The notes: generated by a model not told the origin, from the sequence alone. DNA of 64,000 nucleotides from Gemmatimonadaceae bacterium (GCA_019752115.1 JAIEMN010000020.1:138267-202266); one strand, 5' to 3'. Shown: positions 9,236 through 18,749, numbered from the stretch's first letter. Program-made: numbers and translations.

Positions 9236-10621
9236 ATGTCCGCCGCCCTCCCCTCCGCCGCCCCGACTGGCTCGCCCGCGTTTCGCCGGGCCATCCGCTG
9301 GGTCTCGGCGCGCTGTCTGGGGTGGTTCTATCGCGAGACCTGTGTGCTGCACGCCGATCGCATCCCGGCGGATGGACCGGTGCTGTTCATCGGCAACCAT
9401 CCCAATGACCTGCCCGATGTGCTGCTCGGGTATCAGGCCACCGCCCGGCCGCTTCGCTATCTCGCCACGATCTCGGCGGCGACCTCGTGGCTGTCCCGGA
9501 AGACGTACGAGTGGCTTGGGGTGATCCCCGTCGCCCGGATCCGCGACATGCGAAAGATGCAGGCGGCCGGTGCGGACGTGGTGGCGATCAACCGGGCCGC
9601 GACCGACGCGGTGGCGGCGGCGCTGGCCGCCGGTGAGATCGTCGGGGCGTTTCCCGAGGGCGGCGTTCGCGATACCTGCGCCCTGGCTGATTTCAAGATC
9701 GGTGTCGCGTCGATGATCCTAAAGTACATCGATACTGGCGCAGAAAATGACGTCACTGTCGTACCGTTCGGGATCCAATACGAAGCGCCGAGACACTACG
9801 GGAGCGATGTCTGCACCCTGATCGGCGCGCCCTTTTCGGTTCGCCGGTGGCTCGCCTCCCAGCCCGACGCCGAGCGCGGCGCGGGCGGGCTGACGCGCGC
9901 CATGCACGCGGCGGTGTCGGCGGTCACGCGAAATGCGCCGACCTGGGAGGCCGCCGAGCGTCGCGACCAGCTGGTGGCCGCGCTGGCCGGTCGGCGGGCG
10001 CCGCGTGATCCGGTGCGTGCGGCGCCGGGGTTTGTCGCCACTGCGACGGCCATCGCGATCGCCGAAAGCCCGGAGTCCATCGAGTGCCACGCCGCCGCGC
10101 GCGCGCTCGCGAACGCGGTCGCGAAGGCCGGCGGCATTCCGACGTCGTCCGTGGATCACGCCCGCCTGCTCTTTGCGCTGGATGTGCACGAGCAGGCGGC
10201 GCCGGTGCCGACCATCGTGATCTGGATGGGGCTGCCGGCCGCCCTGATCGGCTGGGCGGTGCACGGCCCGCTCTTTCTGATCATCCGCTGGCTGGCGGAT
10301 CGGGCGGCCAAGGAGCGGGCGGATGTGGTGGCCCTTCGCTTCGTGCCTGGCCTCTATGTCGCCGCGGTCTGGTATCTTCTGCTTGGCATCGCCGGTGCGC
10401 TCGCGCTCGGGGCGATCGGCTGGTCGCCGCTCTGGGTGCTCCCCGTCGTGATGCTCATGCCGCGCTTCGGGGATCTCGCCGTGGGATGGCAGCGCTGGTT
10501 CACCGCCTGGCGGATCGTGCGGCGCGTGCACCAGTGGGGGACGCCGGAGCGCATGGCGCTCCGCGACGCATCGGCGACGCTGGACGCACGCTGGGAGCGC
10601 GCCGCGGCGCGCTCCGCGTAA
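9236..10621 (+). CDS. 1-acyl-sn-glycerol-3-phosphate acyltransferase-like (PlsC domain + C-terminal TM helices)
   Basis: NHPNDLPD (HxxxxD) and FPEG motifs, hydrophobic C-terminal segments. Start uncertain (ATG 9236 chosen). Confidence 0.8.
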   Translation: MSAALPSAAPTGSPAFRRAIRWVSARCLGWFYRETCVLHADRIPADGPVLFIGNHPNDLPDVLLGYQATARPLRYLATISAATSWLSRKTYEWLGVIPVARIRDMRKMQAAGADVVAINRAATDAVAAALAAGEIVGAFPEGGVRDTCALADFKIGVASMILKYIDTGAENDVTVVPFGIQYEAPRHYGSDVCTLIGAPFSVRRWLASQPDAERGAGGLTRAMHAAVSAVTRNAPTWEAAERRDQLVAALAGRRAPRDPVRAAPGFVATATAIAIAESPESIECHAAARALANAVAKAGGIPTSSVDHARLLFALDVHEQAAPVPTIVIWMGLPAALIGWAVHGPLFLIIRWLADRAAKERADVVALRFVPGLYVAAVWYLLLGIAGALALGAIGWSPLWVLPVVMLMPRFGDLAVGWQRWFTAWRIVRRVHQWGTPERMALRDASATLDARWERAAARSA

Positions 10622-10641
10622 GCGCCGATTAGACTGCGCGC

Positions 10642-12627
10642 ATGACGCTCATCTCCATCGGCAACGTTGGCGTGGAATTCGGCGCGACCGAGATCTTCCG
10701 CGACGTCACCATGACCATCGCGCCCGGCGATCGCTGGGCCGTGGTCGGACGCAACGGCACCGGCAAGACCACGCTCGTCCGCCTCATCACGGGCGACGTG
10801 GCGCCCACCAAGGGGACGGTGGCGCGCATGCCGGGGCTGCGCGTGGCGCTTATGGATCAGCATCGGCGCTTCCCCGAGCAGATGCCGCTTTGGGACATCG
10901 TCGCCGACGGCTTTGGCGAACTGCGGCAACTCGAGCACTCGCTGGCAGAACAGGCCAAGCGCCTTGAGACCGATCACAGCGACGCCGCCATGGCCAAGTA
11001 CGGCCGCGATCTCGAGCGCTTTCAGCACGAGGGCGGCTACGAAATGGCGGCGCGCGTGGATGCGATGCTGCAGGGCATGGGGTTCGATCCCGCGCTCGCG
11101 CGTGTCACGACCATTGGCACGCTCTCCGGGGGCGAACGCGGACGCATTGCGCTCGCGCGGCAGCTCGCCACGCCGGCTGATCTGCTCATTCTCGACGAGC
11201 CCACCAACCACCTCGATCTCGAAACCACGGCGTGGCTCGAACAGCATCTCGCCGAGAGTGAACGCACGATCCTGTGCATCTCGCACGATCGCGCCTTTCT
11301 CAACGCCTTTGCCGATCACGTGCTGCACTTCGAGGGCGGCACCGCCTTCTTCTACACGGGGGGCTACCAGAGCTTCGTGCAGCAGCGGGAAGAGCGCCGA
11401 CTCACGCAGCAGCGCCAGTTCGACAAGCAGCAGGCCAAGATATCGTCGGAGATGGACTACATCGCGCGCAATCTGGCCGGCCAGAACACGCGGCAGGCAA
11501 AGGGGCGTCGCAAGCTGCTCGCGCGCATGCCGCGCCTGTCGGCCCCCATCGGCGCTGATGCTGTCATGTCGCTCAAGCTCGAATCGGGGAGCCGCAGCGG
11601 GGATCGCGTGATCGAGGCCAAGGATGTGGTCGTTGGTGTTCCCTCGCCCACCGGACCGCGCACGCTCGTGCGTGATGTCACCGTGGTGATGGAGCGCGGC
11701 GAAGTCATTGCGCTCGTGGGGCCCAACGGCGCCGGAAAAAGCACCCTCATCAAGACGTTGCTTGGCGAGCATCCGCCGCTGGCCGGTGACGTGAAGGTTG
11801 GCCAGAGCACTACGGTGGCGTACTACCGCCAGGATCTCGCGCATCTGCCGCTCGACAAGACGATCTACGACGCGATCGCCGATGAGCGCCCGCTCTGGGA
11901 GCGGCGGCAGGTGCAGGGGCATCTCGGCCGCTACGGCTACAGCGGCGATGAGGTGCAGCGCACCATTGGGACGCTCTCCGGCGGCGAGCGCGCCCGCGTG
12001 GCCATGGCGTTGCTGACGCTCTCCACGAACAACCTGCTGATCATGGACGAGCCCACCAACCACCTCGATGTCGAAAGCATCGAGGCGTTGGAAGATGCGA
12101 TTGATGGCTACGAGGGGAGCGTGCTCATCGTGAGCCACGACCGCGCCGTGCTGCGCGGGCTCGCAACGCAGGTGTGGGAGCTCCGCGGCCAGGAGCTCAA
12201 GATCTTCCCCGGCCCGTTCGTGGAGTGGGAGCAGCTGCGCGCGGAGCGGTTGGCCAGCGAGGCGCTGCAGCAGCGCGCCGAGGCGCAGCGCGAGGCCGAG
12301 CGGGTCGGCAAGGAACGCGAGCGCGCGGAGGCGGCGCGTCAGAAGGCGGCCGGCGCATCCTCCGGTGCCCCCACCGGTGACCTCCGGAAACAGATCCGCG
12401 CCGCCGAGAAGGCGCTCGCCGACGCCGAACTGCGGGTGAGCACGCTCGAAACGTCCATCGCCGAACTCACCGCGAAGCTGGAAGACCCCACGCTCTACGA
12501 CACGCCGGCCGGGATCCAGAAGGCCACGCAGTGGGGCAAGCAACTCGACGACGAGCGGGAAGCGCTCGACGAGGCGATGCACGCCTGGAGTGTTGCCGAG
12601 GAAACGCTCGCAGCGCTCAAAGGGTAG
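10642..12627 (+). CDS. ABC-F family ATPase (Uup-like, C-terminal coiled coil)
   Basis: Two ABC cassettes (GRNGTGKTT, LSGGE, LDEPTNHLD; GPNGAGKST, LSGGE, MDEPTNHLD) and no TM segments. Confidence 0.93.
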   Translation: MTLISIGNVGVEFGATEIFRDVTMTIAPGDRWAVVGRNGTGKTTLVRLITGDVAPTKGTVARMPGLRVALMDQHRRFPEQMPLWDIVADGFGELRQLEHSLAEQAKRLETDHSDAAMAKYGRDLERFQHEGGYEMAARVDAMLQGMGFDPALARVTTIGTLSGGERGRIALARQLATPADLLILDEPTNHLDLETTAWLEQHLAESERTILCISHDRAFLNAFADHVLHFEGGTAFFYTGGYQSFVQQREERRLTQQRQFDKQQAKISSEMDYIARNLAGQNTRQAKGRRKLLARMPRLSAPIGADAVMSLKLESGSRSGDRVIEAKDVVVGVPSPTGPRTLVRDVTVVMERGEVIALVGPNGAGKSTLIKTLLGEHPPLAGDVKVGQSTTVAYYRQDLAHLPLDKTIYDAIADERPLWERRQVQGHLGRYGYSGDEVQRTIGTLSGGERARVAMALLTLSTNNLLIMDEPTNHLDVESIEALEDAIDGYEGSVLIVSHDRAVLRGLATQVWELRGQELKIFPGPFVEWEQLRAERLASEALQQRAEAQREAERVGKERERAEAARQKAAGASSGAPTGDLRKQIRAAEKALADAELRVSTLETSIAELTAKLEDPTLYDTPAGIQKATQWGKQLDDEREALDEAMHAWSVAEETLAALKG

Positions 12628-12679
12628 GCGGCCACTGTTCCTGCAACTTTGGCGCGACGCCGGGCGTACGACGTCGCGT

Positions 12680-14932
12680 ATGCGACTCTCGAACTTCCGA
12701 CTTCTGGCAATTGTGGGGGCCGCCCTGTTCGGCGGCACCGTCCTGCGCGCACAGTCTGCGTCGTCGTCGGCACCGCCGCCGCTCGCGCCCGCGCTGCGTG
12801 ATCTGGTGGCGCGGGCGAGCCGCAACAATGCGCTCCCGCCGGATCTCATCTCCTATCGCGCCACGGCCGAAACGGAGATCTCCATTCTGCTGCGGCGCGA
12901 AGAGGGCACCGAAGCGGTCGCGGCGGTAGAGCAGGTGGCGAGCACGTTGCGCTGGAATCGCACCGGCGCGTACGAGCAGCATGTGACCGGCTATCGCAAT
13001 CAGCAGATCGGCGCCAACGTGTCGATGCTGTCGATCTTCCGCACGGGGTGGCTCAACCCGTCGCTGTACGGCAATCGGCTACGCGTGCGGCGTGAGGGCG
13101 CGCCCGACAGTGTGTCGCGACGGCGCGTCGCGGGGCCGGGGATGCGCGCCGCCCGTGCCGGCGTGCGCCGCGATGGGGCGGATACGATTCCCGCCGTGCA
13201 CCCGCTCGCCACCGACCGCGAGGGGTACTACGCGTACAGCGGCGGTGACACGGTCGTCACCATCACCGCCGGTGATCGCGTGATCCACATTGCGCAGCTG
13301 CGCGTGCAGCCCCGCAAGGATCTCACGAAGAACGTCGTGCTGTTCGACGGCGAGATGCAGCTCGACGCCGATCGCGCGACGCTGGTGCGCCTGCGCGGCA
13401 CCTTTGTGCGCGTGAACGGCCCCAAGCGCGGTCTGGCTGGCGCGATCGCCGATGCGATCGCGTTCATCGACTACGAGAACGGCGAACGCCTGGGCAAGTT
13501 TTGGCTGCCCGCACGCCAGCGCTTGGAGCTGCAGGCCATGTCGCCCCTGCTGGGCGACGGTCGCGCGGTGGCGCGCATCGTGTCGAAGTTCGCCGATATG
13601 CAGGTGAACGACACCACGCTGAGCGCGGAAACGATGGCGGTGGCCGACTCGCTGCGCGCGCTGGCGCGTCGCCGACTCACCTATGCCACCTCGGACTCGC
13701 TCACGCGCTTTGGGGGGTGGCGCGCCTCGATCGGCGCCATCTCGGAAGGGCTGCACAGCGACGACTTCGATGCCTTCGCGCCCGATCGCATGCGCCCCAC
13801 CGGCCCCCCGCGGCTCGACTTCACGGCGCCGCGCGCATCAGACGTGTTCCACTTCAATCGCGTCGAAGGGGCGTATACCGGCGCCGGCGTGAAGCTGGCG
13901 CTGCGTGACCTCGCCCCCGGTGTGGTCGTGCGCGCCAACGCCGGCTACGCGTGGGCGGAGCAGACGGTGCGTGGGCGCCTCGCGGTGACGCGCACGCGCG
14001 GCCCGTGGCAGCTCGAGGCCCGCGGCGGACGGTCGATGGACATCACCAATGACTTCCGCGCGCCGTTGGACTCGGGCAATACCTTCGGCGCGCTCTTTTC
14101 GCTCGATCCCTACGACTATGTGTCGCGCAACAGTGCGACGCTGGCCGCGGTGCGGCAGATCGGCCGTCGTCGCGCCCTGCTGCGCGCTGAGGTGGGGTAC
14201 GCCGACGATCGGTACCGGCCCAGCCAGTATGTGCGCGGGCCCTTCGGGGGCGAGGCCTATCGCCCCAATCGTGGTGTGACGCCCGGCAGCTACGTGCGGA
14301 GCGCGTTCCTCGCCGAGTGGCATCCGGACAACGCGGCCGAGTCGGCGCGCCCCGGGGTCGGTGCACGGGCCAGCTACGAACGCGGCGATGGCACGCTCAC
14401 GTGGCAGCGGGCGGAGCTCCGCCTCTCGGCGCGGCGGCCGATCGGCCCGATCGTCGCGATCACGCGGGCCGATGTCGGGATCGTCACCGGCGGCGTGATT
14501 CCCTCGCAGCAGCTCTTCGAGCTCGGCAAGTACCAGAACCTGCCGTACTACGACGACAAGCAGTTCGCCGGCTCGCGTGCGGCGGCGCTGCGCGCGAGTC
14601 TGCAGTACACGTCCCCGTTCCTGCGCAATCCGATCCGGTTGGGCCGCTCCCTGTTCCTGCCCGCGATCGCGCCGGGGCTCAGTGTTGGCGTGCAAAGCGG
14701 GTGGGCCGACGCACCGAGTGACGCGGCGCGCGCCGCCATCGCCGGGTTGGCGGTCGTTGACCCGCGTGTGCTGGCGCTGGTGCGCCCGGTCGCCGAGCCG
14801 ACCGGCCGCATTCGCGCCTCGATGACCGCCGGCCTCCGTTTCTTCGGTAACGGCCTCTTCGTTGGCGCCACGCGCCCGGTCGATCAGGCCGCGCCGTGGA
14901 AGGCGCTCGTCGCCTTCGGGCAGAACTGGTAA
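12680..14932 (+). CDS. Secreted/outer-membrane protein (DUF5686-like, C-terminal beta-barrel-like)
   Basis: N-terminal signal peptide, HFNRVEGAYTG motif, amphipathic strands ending in aromatic W. The family call is tentative. Confidence 0.55.
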   Translation: MRLSNFRLLAIVGAALFGGTVLRAQSASSSAPPPLAPALRDLVARASRNNALPPDLISYRATAETEISILLRREEGTEAVAAVEQVASTLRWNRTGAYEQHVTGYRNQQIGANVSMLSIFRTGWLNPSLYGNRLRVRREGAPDSVSRRRVAGPGMRAARAGVRRDGADTIPAVHPLATDREGYYAYSGGDTVVTITAGDRVIHIAQLRVQPRKDLTKNVVLFDGEMQLDADRATLVRLRGTFVRVNGPKRGLAGAIADAIAFIDYENGERLGKFWLPARQRLELQAMSPLLGDGRAVARIVSKFADMQVNDTTLSAETMAVADSLRALARRRLTYATSDSLTRFGGWRASIGAISEGLHSDDFDAFAPDRMRPTGPPRLDFTAPRASDVFHFNRVEGAYTGAGVKLALRDLAPGVVVRANAGYAWAEQTVRGRLAVTRTRGPWQLEARGGRSMDITNDFRAPLDSGNTFGALFSLDPYDYVSRNSATLAAVRQIGRRRALLRAEVGYADDRYRPSQYVRGPFGGEAYRPNRGVTPGSYVRSAFLAEWHPDNAAESARPGVGARASYERGDGTLTWQRAELRLSARRPIGPIVAITRADVGIVTGGVIPSQQLFELGKYQNLPYYDDKQFAGSRAAALRASLQYTSPFLRNPIRLGRSLFLPAIAPGLSVGVQSGWADAPSDAARAAIAGLAVVDPRVLALVRPVAEPTGRIRASMTAGLRFFGNGLFVGATRPVDQAAPWKALVAFGQNW

Positions 14933-14966
14933 CGGCGTGCCCGCGCGGGCGCGGTAGATTGATCGC

Positions 14967-15479
14967 ATGGCTGCGGATCTTCTCCTGCGCTTCAAGCGCC
15001 ACGCCGATGCCACGTCGCTGACGTGCACGCGCCGCGACGGCAGCACGACCTGGCAACGCTTCGACGGCCCCACGGCGATGGTCTTCCCGGGGCACGATCT
15101 CACACACTACGCGGTCGAAACCGTGCTCGGCTTTGGCGCCGGCTTCTACGGCCTGCTCGCCGATGGCTGGGAGATCCGCGACTTTGCCGCGCCCTGGCCG
15201 CGGGGCGAGATCCCCGCGGAGGCGCGCGAGGTCGAGCTCATCGTGGGGTTCTTCGACAGCGATCGCCGGCAGGGCGATGTGTGGACGGCCGCCGAGTTCG
15301 AGGCGCACGCCGAGCTGTTCATCGGCGCCGCGCGCGCGCGCGGCAAAGCTGTCCCGCCCCGCACGCGGGTGCTGACGGATGCCGACATCGCCCGCGTGCG
15401 CGCCGTCCGCGACCCCCTGCTGGCGCAGTGGTACGGGCTGGGAGTGGGGGAGGCGATGGAGTTGCAATTCAACCGCTAA
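14967..15479 (+). CDS. Hypothetical protein with HDxxHxxxE motif
   Basis: 170-aa ORF with normal codon usage and a TAGATT-N6-ATG start; contains HDLTHYAVE. Confidence 0.7.
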   Translation: MAADLLLRFKRHADATSLTCTRRDGSTTWQRFDGPTAMVFPGHDLTHYAVETVLGFGAGFYGLLADGWEIRDFAAPWPRGEIPAEAREVELIVGFFDSDRRQGDVWTAAEFEAHAELFIGAARARGKAVPPRTRVLTDADIARVRAVRDPLLAQWYGLGVGEAMELQFNR

Positions 15480-15480
15480 A

Positions 15481-15600
15481 GCCCAGAACGAACCCACAAC
15501 CCACCCACAACCCACGACCAAAAGCCCGAGACCCAAAAACTGATCAGTTCTGGGTCTCGGGTTTTTGGTTCTGGGTTGTGGGTTGGTTCTGGGTTTGGTG
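15481..15600. repeat. ~120-bp imperfect intergenic palindrome (ACCCACAAC/CCCGAGACCCA type)
   Basis: Perfect 11-bp cccgagaccca (15525-15535)/tgggtctcggg (15551-15561) around the loop-less palindrome aactgatcagtt (15538-15549). Outer cacaaccca/tgggttgtg arms. Confidence 0.85.
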
Positions 15601-15667
15601 GTACAACCAGCGGATTCCCTCGCGACCAGCGAAATTGCGGGCATCCCACCTTTTCCCGGAGTCGCTC

Positions 15668-16183
15668 ATGTCCCGTTCTGTGCTTGCTGTCGCGCTCGTT
15701 CTTGCCGCTGCCCCCCTCACGGCCCAGGCGCAGGACCCGGTCCTGGCGGCGGTGAAGGAGAACTGGAAGGGGATGATCACCAACGTCACCGCGGCCGCTG
15801 AAGAAGTGACGGAGGCGAACTACAGCTTCAAGCCGACCCCCGAGGTGCGCTCGTTCGGGCAGCTTATCGGGCACGTGGCCGGTACGCAGAACCTCATTTG
15901 CGCGGCGGTGCTGGGTGACAAGGTGCCGGCCGAAGACGCGATCGAAAAGACGGCCAAGACGAAGGCCGCCCTGGTGGCGGCGCTCAAGGCGTCGACGGCG
16001 TACTGCGACAAGGCGTATACGCTCGCGCCGGCCAAGTTCGGCGACAGCATCGAGATGTTTGGTGGCAAGCAGACCAAGATCGCGGCGCTGACGCTCAATG
16101 CGGTGCATGACGGCGAGCACTATGGCAACATCGTCACCTACATGCGCCTGAAGGGCATGGTGCCGCCGTCGAGCAAGCGATAA
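15668..16183 (+). CDS. Secreted DinB-family protein
   Basis: Signal peptide, FKPTPEVRSFGQLIGHVA and HDGEHYGNIVTYMRLKGMVPPSS; GGAG SD upstream. Confidence 0.88.
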   Translation: MSRSVLAVALVLAAAPLTAQAQDPVLAAVKENWKGMITNVTAAAEEVTEANYSFKPTPEVRSFGQLIGHVAGTQNLICAAVLGDKVPAEDAIEKTAKTKAALVAALKASTAYCDKAYTLAPAKFGDSIEMFGGKQTKIAALTLNAVHDGEHYGNIVTYMRLKGMVPPSSKR

Positions 16184-16204
16184 GTCCTGACGGTCAAGGC
16201 CACC

Positions 16205-16304
16205 GAACGGCTCGCACAGAGCTCACAAGGAACCACAGAGGGCACCGAGGACTGCAATCCTTGGTGCCCTCTGTGGTTCCCTGTGTACTCTGTGCGAGCT
16301 GTTT
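16205..16304. repeat. ~100-bp intergenic palindrome (CACAGAG type), the empty relative of the GxxExxY-flanking arms
   Basis: 42-bp arms 16210-16251 and 16258-16299 match 38/42, with a 6-nt loop. 16205-16222 is 18/18 identical to the reverse complement of 63267-63284. Confidence 0.92.
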
Positions 16305-16321
16305 GTTGTTAAAATTAGGGC

Positions 16322-17536
16322 ATGCTGCCTCACCTGCTGCCCAGCCGCCGTGAGTTCTCCGGCGATGACCTGATCTTCACCCTCAACGCGAAGGCGCAGA
16401 AGCGCATCGCCGAGGGCGCGTCCGTCATCAACGCCACCATTGGCGCGCTCTACGACGACGCGGGCAAACTGGTCGTGCTCAATACCGTGATGGGGCAGTG
16501 GCAGCAGCTGACGAGCGGCGAGGTGGCGCCGTATGCACCGATCGGCGGTGATCAGACGTACCTGCTCAACCTGGTGCAGCGCCACTGGCCCGACATCACC
16601 AAGGTGACGGTGGGGGTCGCGTCGCCCGGTGGGTCCGGCGCGCTGGCGCTGACGCTCAAGAACTTCCTCGAGCGCGGCGATACGGTCATCACGGCGGCCC
16701 CGTACTGGGGGCCGTACAGCACGCTGGCCATCGAAAACGGGCAGCAGCTCAAGACGGTGCCGTATCCCGATGTGCACACCGGCATCGACATCGGCGCCTG
16801 GGAAGCCACCTGCCGTGATGTGCTCGAAGCGCAGGGGCGCCTGCTGGTGTGGCTCAACGATCCGTGCCATAACCCCACCGGGCGCAGCTTCACGCGCGCC
16901 GACCGACAGGCGCTGATGGACATGCTGCGCGATCTGTCGAGCCAGGGGCCGGTGACGTTCGTGCTCGATCTCGCGTATCTCGACTACGCGCGCGACCCGC
17001 AGCAGGTGCGCGAGGCGCTCGACCACTACGCCGCCTTCGGCCGCGAGGGGCAGGTGCTGGTGGGCGCGTGTCTGAGCCTGTCAAAGGCGTACACGCTCTA
17101 CGGCGCCCGCGCGGGGGCCCTCGTGTTCCCGTGGACGAACGAGCCCGCCCTGCAGGCGGCGCTCATCACGAGCTGCCGCGGCACGTGGAGCAACTGCGCG
17201 CGCGGCCCGATGAGTGTGCTCAATCGCCTGTCGAAGGATCCGGCGCTCCAGGCCGCGCTCGAAGTGGAGCACGCGCAGTGGCGCACGCTGCTGGCCGATC
17301 GCGCGAACGCGCTCGACGCCGCGCTCAAGGCCGAAGGATTCCCCGGCGCGGTGTACGATGGCGGCTTCTTCGTGACGCTCGACGGCGGCCCCGACCCGAT
17401 GGCGACGTGCGAAAAGATGCAGGCGCACGATGTCTTCGTGATCCCGCTCCCCGAAGGCCTGCGCGTGGGGATCTGCGCAATGAAGGCGGCGGATGCGGCG
17501 AAGTTTGCGACGGCGTATGCTTCGGCGATGAGATAG
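16322..17536 (+). CDS. PLP-dependent aminotransferase class I/II
   Basis: NATIG, GGSGAL, NDPCHNPTG, DLAYLDY and the PLP-lysine motif SLSKAYTLYGARAG. Confidence 0.88.
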   Translation: MLPHLLPSRREFSGDDLIFTLNAKAQKRIAEGASVINATIGALYDDAGKLVVLNTVMGQWQQLTSGEVAPYAPIGGDQTYLLNLVQRHWPDITKVTVGVASPGGSGALALTLKNFLERGDTVITAAPYWGPYSTLAIENGQQLKTVPYPDVHTGIDIGAWEATCRDVLEAQGRLLVWLNDPCHNPTGRSFTRADRQALMDMLRDLSSQGPVTFVLDLAYLDYARDPQQVREALDHYAAFGREGQVLVGACLSLSKAYTLYGARAGALVFPWTNEPALQAALITSCRGTWSNCARGPMSVLNRLSKDPALQAALEVEHAQWRTLLADRANALDAALKAEGFPGAVYDGGFFVTLDGGPDPMATCEKMQAHDVFVIPLPEGLRVGICAMKAADAAKFATAYASAMR

Positions 17537-17722
17537 GAACAGCGTATACGTACTGCGCATACGTGGAGCGCATACGTGGCGCGCATACGTACGGCGCACA
17601 CATACCGCGGTTGCGCTTCACGTATGCGCCCCACGTATGCGCCCCACGTATGCGCCCCACGTATGCGCCCCACGTATGCGCCCCACGTATGCGCCCCACG
17701 TATGCGCTTCACGTATACGCCC
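17537..17722. repeat. Palindrome whose arms are 13-bp tandem repeats (CACGTATGCGCCC)
   Basis: Six perfect and two variant units at 17619-17722; four to five degenerate inverted units at 17542-17606. The outermost units gcgtatacgt/acgtatacgc are exact inverted copies. Confidence 0.92.
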
Positions 17723-17735
17723 CTCACTCCCCCCA

Positions 17736-18749
17736 ATGCCCCGCCGCCTCCTCCTCGCCCTCGCCCTCGCCTCCTCCGTCGCCAGCGCCCAGCGCGCGCC
17801 GAGTGGCACCTTGGTGGCGTCGAACATGGACGCGCACACGGTGTCGCTGGTGGACATTGCCAGCGGGCGCACGCTCGCGACGACGCCGGTGGGGACGGGG
17901 CCGCATGAAGTGGCGGTGTCACCCGATGGGAAGCAGGCGGTGGTCGCGATCTACGGCAATCGCGAGTCGGTCGGGAGTTCGCTCGCGGTGTTCGACCTCA
18001 CGAAGCCAATGACGCCACCGCGGGTCGTGGAGCTCGGGGCGGGCAATCAGCGGCCGCACGGACTCGCGTATCTCCCCGACGGGCACTCGCTGCTGGTGAC
18101 GGGGGAACGGGCGCAGCGGCTGCTGGTGGTGGATCTCGCCACCGGCGCGATCGATTCGACGATGGCCACGAAGCAGGCCACGACGCACATGGTCATGCTG
18201 ACGCGCGACGGGCGGCGGGCCTTCACCACGAATATCGTGGCGATGAGCGTGAGCGCGATCGATGTGCCGACGCGGACGGTGGGCGCGCCGTACGCAGTCG
18301 GCGCGCGCATCGAGGGGATCGCGATCACCCCCGACGGTGGCGAGGTCTGGGTGGGCGGCAACGAGTCGCATCAGGTCTACGTGCTCGACGGCGTCACCGG
18401 CGCGAAGCGCGCGACGCTCGATGGCTTCGGCATGGCCTATCGCCTCGCGATCACGCCCGACGCGAAGACGGCGGTCGTCTCCGACCCGGGGAGTGAACAG
18501 ATCCATCTGGTGGACGTCGCGTCGCGTACGATTCGGACGACGATCCGCGTGCCGGCGGTGCTGCCTGCCGAGGGCGAGCACCCATCGCCGCAGGGGATCG
18601 CGCTGTCCCGCGATGGCGCGTATGCGTACGTCACGCTCAAGGCCGTGGCGAAGGTGGCGGTGGTGGATACGAAAACCGGCAGCATCGTGAAGACGCTGCC
18701 GGTGGGGGCGGGCTCGGACGGTGTGGGGGTGTCGCCGCTGACGCGCTAG
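17736..18749 (+). CDS. Secreted YncE/YVTN-type beta-propeller protein
   Basis: Signal peptide MPRRLLLALALASSVASAQ; repeated PHEVAVSPDG/IAITPDG/LAITPDA blades. The ORF-track start at 17637 translates the tandem repeat. Confidence 0.85.
   Translation: MPRRLLLALALASSVASAQRAPSGTLVASNMDAHTVSLVDIASGRTLATTPVGTGPHEVAVSPDGKQAVVAIYGNRESVGSSLAVFDLTKPMTPPRVVELGAGNQRPHGLAYLPDGHSLLVTGERAQRLLVVDLATGAIDSTMATKQATTHMVMLTRDGRRAFTTNIVAMSVSAIDVPTRTVGAPYAVGARIEGIAITPDGGEVWVGGNESHQVYVLDGVTGAKRATLDGFGMAYRLAITPDAKTAVVSDPGSEQIHLVDVASRTIRTTIRVPAVLPAEGEHPSPQGIALSRDGAYAYVTLKAVAKVAVVDTKTGSIVKTLPVGAGSDGVGVSPLTR

Noticed and set aside
17537-17722. CRISPR array
   Set aside because: The 13-bp units are contiguous with no unique spacers, and no cas genes are present.
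17576-17922. ORFs with MRPTYAPHVCAP / GAHTWGAYVGRIR repeats
   Set aside because: These are translations of the 13-bp DNA repeat. The period is not a multiple of 3, so it is not a protein repeat.
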